Made by a program: the position numbers and the translations under genes
In this document: positions 36,779-49,514 of the stretch, one piece after another
Position numbering within the stretch: position 1 is the first letter of the stretch
Layout of the letters: every line of letters starts with the position of its first letter
The notes under the pieces: model-generated
What the model was told of the DNA's origin: nothing
The model's database searches: none
The model's input: the letters and a program-made list of their open reading frames with translations, nothing else
Assembly: GCA_904063045.1 (NCBI GenBank)
Contig: CAJFCJ010000001.1
Span: 1,364,001 to 1,428,000, forward strand
Direction of reading: 5' to 3'
Length of the DNA: 64,000 nt
From: Dimorphilus gyrociliatus
Taxonomy: Eukaryota > Animalia > Annelida

Positions 36779-39700
36779 TCAACCACGCTCGCAGATTAGT
36801 TCTATGACACTGTTTTCCATTAGACTAGGCTCGATACATCTGTGTAAGCTGCTGGATACGATTTCATCCAATAGCCGATGAACTAAATTTTCATCTTGAA
36901 CGAATCTGTTATTGGCGAAAAGACATTTTTATTAAATATAAGTTAAATATTAGTTATAACTACCTCCATAGATACATTTGCAGGTAATGCGTATCAACTT
37001 GAACTTGCTGTAGACCATATTTACTAAAAGTTCGTAATCGAACGCATTCCAGCAAGGTCTTTAATACAATTTTTATTATTCCAGTCATGATTGAAGCTCG
37101 TGAGGCATCCACTTCGCTAAATATATCTATTTTATCGGAAAATAGTTTGCTAATGTTTGTCATAAATGCTGAGTTATCTAAAACAGCCGCTGTAGTACTA
37201 GGAGTAAAACTCCAGGTTTTAGAGCTTTTCATTAAGCCTGAAGCAGAGCGTTTTGTCGAGTCACTACCTCTATCTTTTTTCTGTTCCTCCATATCGTCAT
37301 ATAATTGACCTATAAAAAGAGTTTAAAAAGAAAGATCATACTTATTCAATATATTATAGTGTTGACCTACTAACCAACTTGACTATCTATTGAACTGGTA
37401 TCTTCAACAACCCGTTTCATAACAGCTCTAACATTCCTTGGTTCAATAGTATTTAACCAATCGCGAGTTTCTACACTTTTCCTAACCATATGTGATAGAG
37501 TTTGGCCTTCTAATCGAACGTAGTTGTTAAGTAGCTTCTTAGCAGCAGCCTTTGCCTCGTCTTTTAACGTTTGAGGATTTGTAAACTGCACATCGCCTTC
37601 TTGAACTATTAAAAACTGTTCATCCACTAATACCAGTAAATATCCAATAGTACTTTCTTCTAAGATAGTGGCTAATTTAGAGAGAAGCAATAGGAGAGTT
37701 GCTGTCAAAAAAAAAAGATTGACTATTAATCTTTCAACTTTGATATGTAATAATGGTATTTACCGGGTCCCGAAGGTTTTTCACATAATTCATTAAGATA
37801 TTCCAGCATTCTTCTTAAAAATCTTACAACCAATCCTTCTCTAACACCATCAAAACAAAACGGTCGTCTAAACGTTGACTTCATAGCAAATGTTATATCA
37901 GTTGCAATGAAAGCTTGCAAATTTGCTAAAACGGCTTTGATCTGTTCTACCAAAGATGAAACGCTAGTTTGTACGAGGTTCTGAAGAGGCGTTGAACTAT
38001 TCTCGTCTAGGTTACTCGAAATTAATTTCGGTGCGGCGAGTGCCTGACGAATATCTGTTATACAATGTCCCAAATGATCGGTTAATGCTTGATAATAATG
38101 ATCTATTCGATCTTTAGCTGCGTTATAAACGATTTCTGTTGCTAAAGTTGCTAGTTCCGCAGTCGGTAAAAGTTTATTCATAGCCTAGAAACAAAGAATA
38201 GTTTATAAAACAGAGAAATAAAAAAGAAATATTAAATACAACTTGTAATCTCCTATGAAATCTATCCAAAGCTCTAACGAGAATTGCATTATCTCCAGTC
38301 TGCTTCTCTAATTGAACTCTCTTTTGAATAAGTTCGAAGAATTTATGAAGAATTTCTTTAACTAAAGCGGAAACTTTTTGTAAAGCTATTGAATCCAATT
38401 CAGTACTGAAATAATAATATCTAATTGTAAAAATCAATTATTAATAGAATATCAATTTTAATGTATAAAAAATGCTATTAAGAGATATATTCCCAAATCC
38501 CAAAACCATATCCGATAATTGTGCAATTATTAATAACAACTATACGAGTTAGATTTTAAACAGGGACAATATTTAGATTATTCAATGTAGACAGAAGAAT
38601 ATGTAAGTACTGGATTTACTGTATATATTATTATAAATTGGCATTAACGTACACCGTCTTTTTTTCAAAATAAGGGAAGCATAATAGCAAATTCCGTAGA
38701 ATTATATAGTCTTAAGTACATATTCTTTCATCTTTTGAATTATAATTCATTTTTATGAATAGAAGCCCGTTTTTATTTCAATGCTAAAGTATCGAATAAC
38801 CCTTAAACATTCTTAAATCTACTAACGATCTACATGAAATTAGAGGATGATAAAGGATATGAAAAGATGGTAATTTATGCAAAAAAAAAAAACAATTTTT
38901 GGTGACCCACAACCTCGATCTAAACGAAAATGTACCACAAAGACTGGAATAGTTGATGACAAAAGTCGGGATCCCAAAATTTGTTGACACTGTTATATTT
39001 ATCTTTTACTGTAAGCAAGGGAATCGAATCTAATGCAATTAGAATATACTTACTTAGCTTTTGCCCTGTTCAAGAACATGTCATTATAAGCAACAACCAA
39101 CAGGCTAACGTTACTCAAAACACCATTACATCCAATATCTACAAATTCAAGAATGTCGACGCTATTATCTTCTAAAACATCTTCCAATTCTTGAACTTTC
39201 TCATCTACTCTGCTTCTGGCACTTATCAAGTATTCATCGCAAAGTGAATCAGCTGGCTCTTCCAATTGTAACAACAAATCGACATATTCAGCCAATTGTT
39301 TACTTGAGGCCTCAGAATCTCTCAGTTTCTCTTTTAAAGCATTACCTAATTCATATATTATACTACCACAATCTTGAGATATTCCTGCAAAAGTTGGCAT
39401 GTGTTGATACTGATTGAGAACAGCTCTTGCTCTTGTGTAATATCTAACAGCTTGATTGTAAGCTTCCATCTCAATACACTTTTTCAATCTTGCTGGTAGT
39501 TCAAAAAGAAATTGAAGTTTTTGAAGTAAAGTATGAACACCAGCTAATTTCCTTATTCCTGATCGTTTCTGTTGTAAAGTATCACTTACAGAACTACTTA
39601 GATCACATATATTGTCCATGTTCTCTGATAAGGCCTTCATTTCTTCCTCCATCTGCCCAAAATCAGACTTCATTTTCCTAATTGTTTCTGTTGCTGTGAT

Positions 39701-40058
39701 AAACTTGTTGTAATTTTCATAAACTAAAGTTTGCATCTCAGAGTCAAGACTTCTAATATTTTGCACAATTTCTTCCTCTTGGTGCATAAGCTCATTAAGA
39801 CTACTTTTCTTTAGGAGAAAGTCTAGGTACTGATCTGGCTTGAAAGAAGAATCATCTAAGTCAAATTGTTTGTCACCGGAGTTCTCTCCTTGTGTATAAT
39901 ATGATTTAAGCATTCCTCTATTTCGACGTCCATCAGAATTTGAGTCTGAAATATTAAAATCCATATGATACATTAGAATTGCGAAAAACAAGAATTTACA
40001 AATTGCTCAAAAGGAAAAATATTAAAATTAAAAGATTTTTACCAGCTGCTGACGACAT
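36779..40058 (-). CDS. VPS51: GARP/EARP complex subunit Vps51, multi-exon
   Basis: MSSAA|DSNS..GMLKSYY; [17 protein letters not shown]; [12 protein letters not shown]; [30 protein letters not shown]; [12 protein letters not shown]; terminal ICERG* (TGA 36779-36781). Confidence 0.96.
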
Positions 40059-40197
40059 TTTGTATGTTTTGGTTTTTTCTCAAATTCGAATTTTTTTATA
40101 AGTCTACAATTTACGTGCCAAGTGGAATTCCCAATAGTTATACGCTAAGTAACATTATTCTAAAATAAATACATTTACGAAAGTAAAACTTAGTGAA

Positions 40198-40207
40198 CAC
40201 TTCCGGT
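40198..40207 (-). promoter_or_regulatory. ETS/GABP-type CCGGAAGT site in the VPS51-TRMT61A bidirectional promoter
   Basis: Minus strand ACCGGAAGTG in a 171-bp head-to-head gap. The same motif recurs at 42455, 47553, 48094 and 62591. Confidence 0.55.
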
Positions 40208-40229
40208 TTTGGTATACGCACATGTTACT

Positions 40230-41195
40230 ATGTCTTTTATAGCTTACAAGGATATAATTGAAGAAGGAGACATTGTTATCCTCTATTTAGGTTATGATAA
40301 TTTGCTTACTTTAAAAGTAGAGGCTGGTAAAGTTCATCAAACAAAATATGGTGCTCTAAAGCACGATTCTTTAATCGGAGAGAAGTTCGGCTCTAAAGTT
40401 ACATGCTCAAAAGGATATATTCACGTTTTACAGCCAACTCCAGAGATATGGACTCTAGCCCTACCTCATAGAACTCAAATTCTCTACTCGACAGACATAT
40501 CAATGGTGATATACCAGTTAGACCTGCGAAATGGCTCGGTAAGTGTTCATTGAAGCAACACATTTGAAAGATTTTAATTTTTAATGTCCAAATAGATTGT
40601 GGTGGAAAGCGGTACTGGTAGCGGCTCTCTTTCACATGCTCTTATAAGGACTGTTGCTCCAGATGGACATTTGCATACTTTTGACTTTCATGCAGAAAGA
40701 GTTCAGCTTGCTCAAAAGGAGTTTGACGAGCATCAAGTAGCTAAATATGTCACCGCACGACAGCAAGATGTTTGTGAAAATGGATTTGATTTACCAAGAA
40801 TTGCAGATGCGGTATTTTTAGATCTTCCAGGTCCGTGGACTGCTATTCCTCATGCAAAGAAATGCTTAAAGCATATGGGAAGGGTATGCTCTTTTTCACC
40901 TTGTATAGAGCAAGTTCAAAAAGTATGCGAGTCACTAAAAGAAAATAGCTTTCAAGACATTAGGACATTTGAATGCCTTCAAAAACCTTATGAAGCCAAA
41001 ACCATTCGTATGCCTATAGCTAATCTGGGTTTAACAAACGAAGAGCAAGACTACAATCCTTCACTTGGAAATATTACTCAAAATGAAGGAAAAGATTGCT
41101 TTGAGTTTAAGAGTGGGTGTAGAGCTCATATTGTTCCTGGCCATACAGGATATTTAACTTTTGCTACACTTTTTGATCCTGATAATGCTGCTTAA
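40230..41195 (+). CDS. TRMT61A: tRNA m1A58 methyltransferase catalytic subunit (intron 40540-40596)
   Basis: MSFIAYKDII; PTPEIWTLALPHRTQILYSTDI; ESGTGSGSLSH; DAVFLDLPGPW; CSFSPCIEQV; GHTGYLTFA. Confidence 0.97.
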
Positions 41196-41543
41196 ATTAT
41201 AAAAGTTATTCTATCTTTTATCGATTTATTTCTTTGTACATAAAATATTTTTTCACAATACTTTGGGATATGCTGAATAAGTTAATTTGGTCAATGTTTT
41301 CGAATTTATAAATTGCTTAAAATATTGACCATTCTCATCGTTCATTCATTCGTTTGGGATCTTAGGCTAAGAACCAAATTCTTACAGTAAGGTTAATGAG
41401 GTAGTTTGTTAAAAGATGCCTTATTAATTACTCACAAGTTTTAGATTTCAATGGGAGCTTATCTTATACAGTTTATCATTAATGTGTATATAAGAAAAGA
41501 ATCTTAACATGTTTACACATGAAATTTATATATAAAAAAGTTT

Positions 41544-42479
<936 letters not shown>

Positions 42480-42642
42480 TCAAGAGGAAAAAGCGAATAA
42501 TTCTCTCAAAATATTAGCCAAATTTTTTAAAGCATAGTTTAATTTCCTAAATATTAATACTTTATAAATTTTATTAATCTTTTTTACTTGAGTTACATTT
42601 GTTGCTATTGTCGGCCGTATATACATTTCGGTAGATTCCAAA

Positions 42643-43648
42643 ATGGCAGAAAAGAACAGCGAGACCAAATCAATTTTACCTAGCGGAATACCTGAAGCAA
42701 CATTTGTGGTAAATATTTCTAAAATACCTGTATCGTGATATTAATTTTCATTCCCACCTTTTATTCGAGCTTATATATTTTAATCACTCAAGTTTTTATT
42801 GATGAATAAAAATAATGAGCGATAATTCAATGGTATTTCCTAAATAATTCAATTTAAAAATAGGAAGATGTTGATGCTTTCATGGCACAACCCGACAACT
42901 CATCAGTCGAAACTGTTTTGAGTCGATTGGAGGAACAACATCAAAAATATTCATTTATGGAAATGAACTTAAAAACAAAAAAGAATCGGTATAACATTGA
43001 AACTAAAAGTGTAGTGAATCGATGACTGAGAAAGTGTTTTGTTTCAGACTAAAGGTGCAAATACCTGACTTAAAATCAACATTAGCTTTTGTCGAGCATC
43101 TTATTGAAAGAAGGGTATATTAACAGTTAAATTATATTAACGCAATAGCTAAATTTAAGTGAACTTGCAGGGAAGCGATAAGAAATTCGAAACTCACTTT
43201 CAGCTGTCTGAACAAGTATGGACTAAAGCTACAATTAAGCCAACTGAAAAAGTCAATCTTTGGCTAGGGGTAGGTCTTTCATTTTATACCGATAACACTT
43301 CCATAGGCTTAATATTATCATTTCAGGCTAATGTCATGTTAGAGTACTCTTTAGAGGAGGCAAAAGCTCTGTTGTCTAATAATTTAACAAGTGCAAAGGA
43401 ATCTTTAGAAGTATGTGATGAAGAGTTAGGATTTATTAGAGATCAAACTACTACGGTTGAAGTCAGTATCCTTTTGCAAAAAAAATGAGAATCAGGTTCT
43501 TTTAATAGATTAGCTTTTTATTTGGTATAACATGATAATTAGGCTTTACAGCATTAAAACAATTTTCCTTGACCAATATAAAGATATGGCCAGGGTTTAT
43601 AATTACAACGTCAAAAAACGGCAAGCTGTTAAAACTGAAGGCAACTAA
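42643..43648 (+). CDS. VBP1: Prefoldin subunit 3 (VHL-binding protein 1), multi-exon
   Basis: GIPEATFV|EDVDAFM; EQHQKYSFME; QIPDLKSTL; FETHFQLSEQVWTKA; VNLWLG|ANVMLEY; RDQTTTVEV|NMARVYNY. Confidence 0.95.
43466..43583 (+). other. U12-type (minor spliceosome) GT-AG intron in VBP1
   Basis: Donor GTATCCTTT at 43466; branch TTTTCCTTGAC at 43563-43573, 10 nt before the AG. Splicing restores the conserved TTVEV-N-MARVYN. Confidence 0.9.
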
Positions 43649-43721
43649 TAATTTTGGAGTGGAGAGGCAAATCAGTTAAATCTTATGATATGTTTTTTTG
43701 CTAATAAATAATTTTGTCAAT

Positions 43722-45222
43722 TTAACAAAGCATCAGTCCAATCATAAATAGTTTCTTTGGATCCTTTATATCTTGATACTTTTCCATTAGCCTTATTCCG
43801 GCTTCTAAGCACTCTCTTTCAGCTGATGGATTAGATTTTATATCTTTAGCGTGAGCAGCCCCCACAGTTCTGTACAACATAGAAGTACCAATCAGGGAGA
43901 AATATGTTTTAAAAATTACTTACCTTCTAATCAATTCACAAGAGCACATACCAGCGACTTCTGACCAAAAGTTTTCAAAATACTCCTTTTTACCATTTTG
44001 AGGATATTCTCTTTTCAATTCATAGTTTGTTGCTATGTAATAATATAATTAAGTCTTCTGAATACTGGACTTTCTACTAACTTACAAAATTGTTCCGCAG
44101 CCTGCCAGGATTCGTAGGCAAACTGTCTATGTCTATCATTTTCTTCCTCGGTTAACATATGATTATAATAAGAGAATATGTAGTTAGCAATAAACATTCC
44201 AATATCGAAGGAAGCTGGTCCAATGTAAGCAAACTCAGCGTCGATTATCTGCATAAAAATAATTCATAAATATTTTCTAACTTACACATATAATTTATTA
44301 TTTTAACCTTAACATCATCTTCGTGAACTAGAACTGAATCTGTATGCAAATCACCATGAACCAAACATTCTTTCTTCTCCCTAAACAACTTTCTCATAAA
44401 CTCAGAACCCTCTCTTATTTTTCTACTCTTCCACATCTTTTCTGCTACTTTATGTAAAGCAGGGTGAATAGAATTTGTTTTAGCATCTTCTTGGAAAGGC
44501 TCAGTCAGAATAAAAACTGAAGTGTGATCTACCATAGGTTGATTTTGGAATCTGTCTTTTAAATCTTTAAACTTTTCTTCAGAGAGATTACTAATATGAG
44601 TTTGATCGTGAACTTTGGACAGTATCTCACCAACTTTCTCGACAACTTGACGTTTGATAACACCTGTCATTAATTCTTGACGCAGTTCAACATGATTTTT
44701 CAAATCTTCCATGATGACTAAATAAAAAACGTAGATTACGCTAAAAACTCTCTACAATTCTATAATTTGCATACAGTAATGATTTTCTTCAGAAAATTCA
44801 AAAATAGATGGATAGCTTCCGTTCACACTGTCATTATAGATTTTTGAAGTTTGGTATTCAATAAAAAGTCGATGAGTTGAAAGAGAAACTTCGGGTCCAG
44901 TGATCTAACAAAAATTTTTATACTTCATGTATAGAATTGAAAAGCATTGCAAAACCTTTAAATATGGCTCGGCATGTTTAACAATAAGACTTTTGCCTTC
45001 TTTTGAGGTAATTCTAAAAATAAAATTAATGTTTCCATCACCAATTTCATCAATATTAGTTATAGAGCCCAGAGTAGACTACAAACAAAATATAACGGTA
45101 AATTCAGTACAGTTAATGAAAATCGGTTTTTGAATATTTTATTGTAAAACCTTAATAATAGATGAATCGACAAAAAATGCTAATAAACGATTTTTTTTCA
45201 ATAAACTCTGATTTTCGGCCAT
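43722..45222 (-). CDS. 5-methylthioribose kinase-like protein (MtnK/MTK family), 7 exons
   Basis: EIGDGNINFIFRI, LIVKHAEPY, IMEDL, LVHGDLHTDSVLV, IIDAEFAYIGPASFDIG, GMCSCELIRR|TVGAAH are MtnK hallmark motifs. Spliceosomal introns lie between them. Confidence 0.9.
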
Positions 45223-45279
45223 TTTCTGAGTTAACCATATAACCACAACTGATAACTTTTATATTTTTTACGAAACTTT

Positions 45280-47360
45280 CTACCGTAAATAAGAGTCTTT
45301 TATTTGTTCTTGATGCAACCGCTGAATAAGTTTTTGAATATGTTGCCTCTTGGACCTAACTTCGTCTTGAGAAAACCAGTTGGTTAAATCTTCTATTGGA
45401 CTGACTAATGAAAATGGTCTTCGAAAAAACATTTCAACATAGTGTAACAAGTAAATACCACAATCAACATAATTATCCTGTTGGGGTACTTCCAAAGTGT
45501 GACCAGGAAAAGTATTTTTCGTGAAACTTCTTTTCACATTAGTCTCTTTTTCTTTCCTAGCCGCCCATTCTTCATTTAAATAATCCCTTAACACATTCAC
45601 AACTGCATATCTGTCACTACACGTAAGTGAGTCAAACACAAGTATGCAAGGCTTGTGATCTGGAAGATTGTCTACTGATGGATGGCATATTACAGCGAGG
45701 TACCAATGCTGTGATTCATTGATTGGAACGAATAGGAATCTCTTTGAAAAGATATCGATATTTCTGGTCCATTTTGCAACACGAGCATGTCTTCTTTTGG
45801 CGGGTTTGGCATGAAGACTTTCTTGTTGAGCAGTCAGTGATCCTCGTACAGGTTTTTGAACTAATCTACTATAGAAAAAAGATGAAAAAAAGTGTATCCT
45901 TGGTCGAAGTTCGTCTGAGATAATATTTAGTTCCATCCATTTTAGATAAAAATCGATTATTACATCGTTTAACAGTTCTCCTTCAGTTAAACACGCAGCG
46001 TGATCTGCATAGACACATATTCCTCCTTCTGCAGGGGGTGGAGGATATAAGCATAATTTCTTTTCAGGGTGATCTTTTAATTTCTTGACTTTCTTAGTGT
46101 CTGTTCTTACACTCGGCTTAATAGTGACATTTCGGACATCATCAACTGCCATGTCAACTTCCCAACCACTAAATTTTTTTAAAGCATCATCCAAATTCTC
46201 ACGTTTAATTAAGCTTATCGCACGTGAAGTAGTTTTCGAATTAAGAATTGAAAGAAGAGATTGAGCGTGTATAATTCCATCTTTATCTAAACCTTCACCT
46301 AAGAGAGAGATATAACGATGTCGTTGCACTGGAGATCTCGGATCGAAATAGTCGATTCTCTCAGAGGGATTTTCTATTTTTTCTATAGAACATCCAGACC
46401 GAACTTCATTTCCACAACTGACTAAAATTAAGAATACAGAAATTTTCTGATCTAGATAATACTTTAATTCCAGCAATTTATTATGTGCCAAAGATAGCCT
46501 AAACGCATCGGTCATTTGATGATGATTTCGGTAGCAAAATTCAATTTTGTTGGCTTTCAGTCTTATGTTTTGTAACGGATATCCCATTATAGAACCCAAT
46601 TGAACTCTAATAGCAGGTATTTCAATCTCGTCGGAAAAGAGTTGATTAACTGAAGGTCTATATATGCGTTGTGTATTGGGGGTTTCTGGTGGTAAAGCGA
46701 CATACTTGCAATTTTCCGGCAGAACTTTTCGGCAAAAATCACATTCTATATGATTTTGGCTTGGATGACCGCAATTTGTACAAACAGCCAGCATTCCTGG
46801 TTTCTTGACTAAAGTTTCGGTGGACATATCCTTCGAATCACCTTTAGTCGTTTCCCTGAAAGTTTATCAAAAATTAATCAGGTGATTTTGTTATTGTTCC
46901 TCAGACTGACCTAGCAGCACTTGGTTTCGTCGTTGAATCTGCATAAAAATTAAAAAACAATTAACAAAGCACATAACTTTACCTCTATTACTACTCAATT
47001 TTGAGTATGAAAATTTAAAATAACATTACTCACACGCCAGAAAAAAAAGAACATAACGTAGAACGTGTGAGGGATTTAATAAGTAAAAACTATATAAATC
47101 GAACAGTAAAAAGAAGAATATTTACTTTGTGAATTATTTATATTAGATCTTGAAAGTTTTGCGCTGCTAGCATTGTTTTCTATATCAGAAGACAGGTTAC
47201 ACGTATTCTGGAAATCGTCTTCTTTTAATTTTTCTGTAATTTTCGAAAGAATACTAACATTTGATTGATCAGATGTGGTACAGAGAGATGTAACACTTGG
47301 CGTTCTTTTACTAGCAAATTGAACCTTTGATGATGGCGAAGGTCTCTTCAAAGGATTCAT
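45280..47360 (-). CDS. SUMO protease of the SENP6/SENP7 type, 3 coding exons
   Basis: GELLNDVIIDFYLK, HFFSSFFY, VAKWTRNIDIFSK, QHWYLAVIC (His), FDSL (Asp), QQDNYVDCG (Gln, Cys). Long N-terminal extension with a CxxC..CxxC pair. Confidence 0.92.
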
Positions 47361-47552
47361 CAGAACAGGTCTATCTCGTTTTAAGGCTATGGACTAGTGT
47401 TTTTTGTCCCTCGGACGAATGGCAAATAAAAATGTTAAATTAACCTTGCCGAGTGTCTTTAATTCTTGCCTGCGAATTTATCATGTCACAAATTATTATA
47501 AAATAAAGAGCGAATAATACTTTTCCTTACCTTAAAATAAGAAATAGGGGAG

Positions 47553-47590
47553 ACCGGAAGTCTTTGTATATTCGTAGATTGTCACGTGAC
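47553..47590. promoter_or_regulatory. ETS site (ACCGGAAGT) plus E-box GTCACGTGAC at the SENP promoter
   Basis: Both motifs are read directly, just upstream of a probable 5'UTR intron donor at ~47530 on the minus strand. Confidence 0.5.
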
Positions 47591-48093
47591 CTGCGCCATT
47601 ATTACAGACATAAACAAAGATTTGTTTAATTTTGAATACTTAGTTTCAGGAAATTAGTTTCTAAAAAATATTTTATCCTAAAAATGTTTAACATATTATA
47701 TTTCAGTTGTTGTATAATATCTTCGATTTATATCTTTAAATATCAATAAACTGAATAAGAATTAAACTTTGGATTACTTTCTACATTATAGAAAAAATTT
47801 ATTTAACCAAATTCAAAATTTGTTAAACTAATCTGACATCTTAAATAAAATGTTATAGGAAGGCCAATTAAACATGATAGTAAAGCTAAATGATACTAAC
47901 TGTATTTATTTGTAAGAACAATTTTTTGACAAACTAATGTAGAAAAAAACTGAAGAAGTTTTCATTATAAGCTTTTGTGTAATCAGTTAACACATTTAAA
48001 TCAAATGGTGAATTACTAAAGTTTAAAAAATAAGTTAAAATCGTAGGGAAATATTATGCAATATATCCAAATTGCATAATTCTGCCCGTCAAT

Positions 48094-48102
48094 ACCGGAA
48101 GT
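48094..48102 (+). promoter_or_regulatory. ETS site (ACCGGAAGT) upstream of COMMD3
   Basis: 75 bp before the COMMD3 ATG. Confidence 0.5.
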
Positions 48103-48177
48103 AAAACAGTCGCGTTTTCGTATGTGGTTTTATGTTAAAACTCTTTTATTTATAACCATGAAAACATACTAGGAATA

Positions 48178-49012
48178 ATGGCACAACTTTCCGAAAAGGC
48201 TGCCATTGGTTTGGCTAAAGTGTCAGCTTTGAAAGATATAGCTGTTAAATCCATAACTCACACTGCTTTCCAACAAATTTTAGATTGTTCTAGAATTTTA
48301 AGTTACTCTGGTAAAATATTTCATATTAAAAATCAAAATAAATAATATTACTTACATAACATTTCATCATCTAGAATATTCTGAATTTCAAGATATTGAA
48401 CGATCAGACCTGGAGCAATGTTTTTTAGGATTAACATCATTCATATTGGAAGTATGTAAGAACGACCTAAGTGAAGACTTAATTAGGTAACGAAACTTAG
48501 TTGACGTACGAAAAGTTACATATTCTATGTGCTAAACAGGTGTTACTTAATCGAAGATTATAAATGGACAGATGATCGGACGGTGTCATTTCTTAATAAA
48601 TTGAAAAACTACAAACAAAAAATAAGAGCAAGATTGTCATGTATAACTTGGCAGCATCCCCATATTATTGATAGTTCATGGAAATTAAACATAAATGCGC
48701 AAGTATGATATAAGATTATGAGTCACCTTATGAAAGTAAAAGTACTTTAAATTCCCAGAGTCAAAGTCTGAACGCACCGCAGGCAGAGTGTATTGTAAAG
48801 CTTCAACTAGAGGATTGTTCAGAAAAGGATAACTTTTCTTTCCGTTGTGATACCAACTCCTTACAGGTATATATATTTATATAGATATACAATTTATATG
48901 TTGTATACATTTAGCCGTCTCAGTTGTTCAAAAGGCAGTTTTATTTCATTAGGATATGGTTTTGAAGCTAAAAGAATGCTCAAGAAGTGTCACTAACTAC
49001 GGTTCAGAATAA
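48178..49012 (+). CDS. COMMD3: COMM domain protein 3, 5 exons, missed by the ORF track
   Basis: MAQLSEKAAIGL..TAFQQILD; FILEVCK; PHIIDSSWKL; FSFRCDTNSLQ|DMVLKLKECSRS* follow the COMMD3 pattern. All introns GT-AG with consistent phases. Confidence 0.88.
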
Positions 49013-49280
49013 ACTATTTCTACACTTATTTTAAGTTCTACAAACTGTAAGCGACATCGAAAAGCAGATTATCAATGGCTTTCCTATTACAACAGTTTAT
49101 TATCAAAAAAAATAAAAACAAGAAAACTATTTTATGTTGGACGATTTCTGTAGAATGTATTGTGACTGAATATCCATGAAAAACCAAATATTTCAACTCA
49201 AAGGCTCTTCCTGCGCAGATTTTATTCTTTGTCTGTTGAACGGATAACAAAATTTAACGTAACATAATTTTATAATAATT

Positions 49281-49514
49281 TTATACCCACCATGAGTATT
49301 TCATGTTCAGCGTATCTAGATCGCTCTTTACAAGAACGTAGCCTCGCATAAATTCTCTGCATACAGGACACTCTGGCTTTGGGAGACTGAGTAGGCAGGA
49401 TTTGCACGATACCACATGTGCGCATGGAAGCGCTAGAGTATCTGCTGCCTCGCTCAGGCACACCTTGCACCTAAGTTCTTCTATTGTCTTTTCCAGTTTC
49501 TCCTTCTCAGCCAT
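49281..49514 (-). CDS. 77-aa stand-alone C3HC4 RING protein resembling IAP-type C-terminal RINGs
   Basis: Coiled segment EKEKLEKTIEELR, then CKVC-x11-CAH-x3-CKSC-x9-CPVC with all eight ligands present. An unrecognised upstream exon cannot be excluded. Confidence 0.7.
   Translation of the reverse strand: MAEKEKLEKTIEELRCKVCLSEAADTLALPCAHVVSCKSCLLSLPKPECPVCREFMRGYVLVKSDLDTLNMKYSWWV

Noticed and set aside
43722-45222. Bacterial contamination as the source of the MtnK-like gene
   Set aside because: It has six canonical spliceosomal introns, host-like composition, and is contiguous with VBP1 and SENP.
45222-45282. Stop-codon readthrough fusing SENP to the MTR kinase (the 57-nt spacer is a multiple of 3)
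   Set aside because: An in-frame TAA occurs at the fourth codon after the TAG.
48178-49514. Conserved vertebrate COMMD3-BMI1 linkage
   Set aside because: The neighbouring RING has IAP-like spacing, no RAWUL domain, and is convergent rather than tandem; it is not BMI1/PCGF-like.
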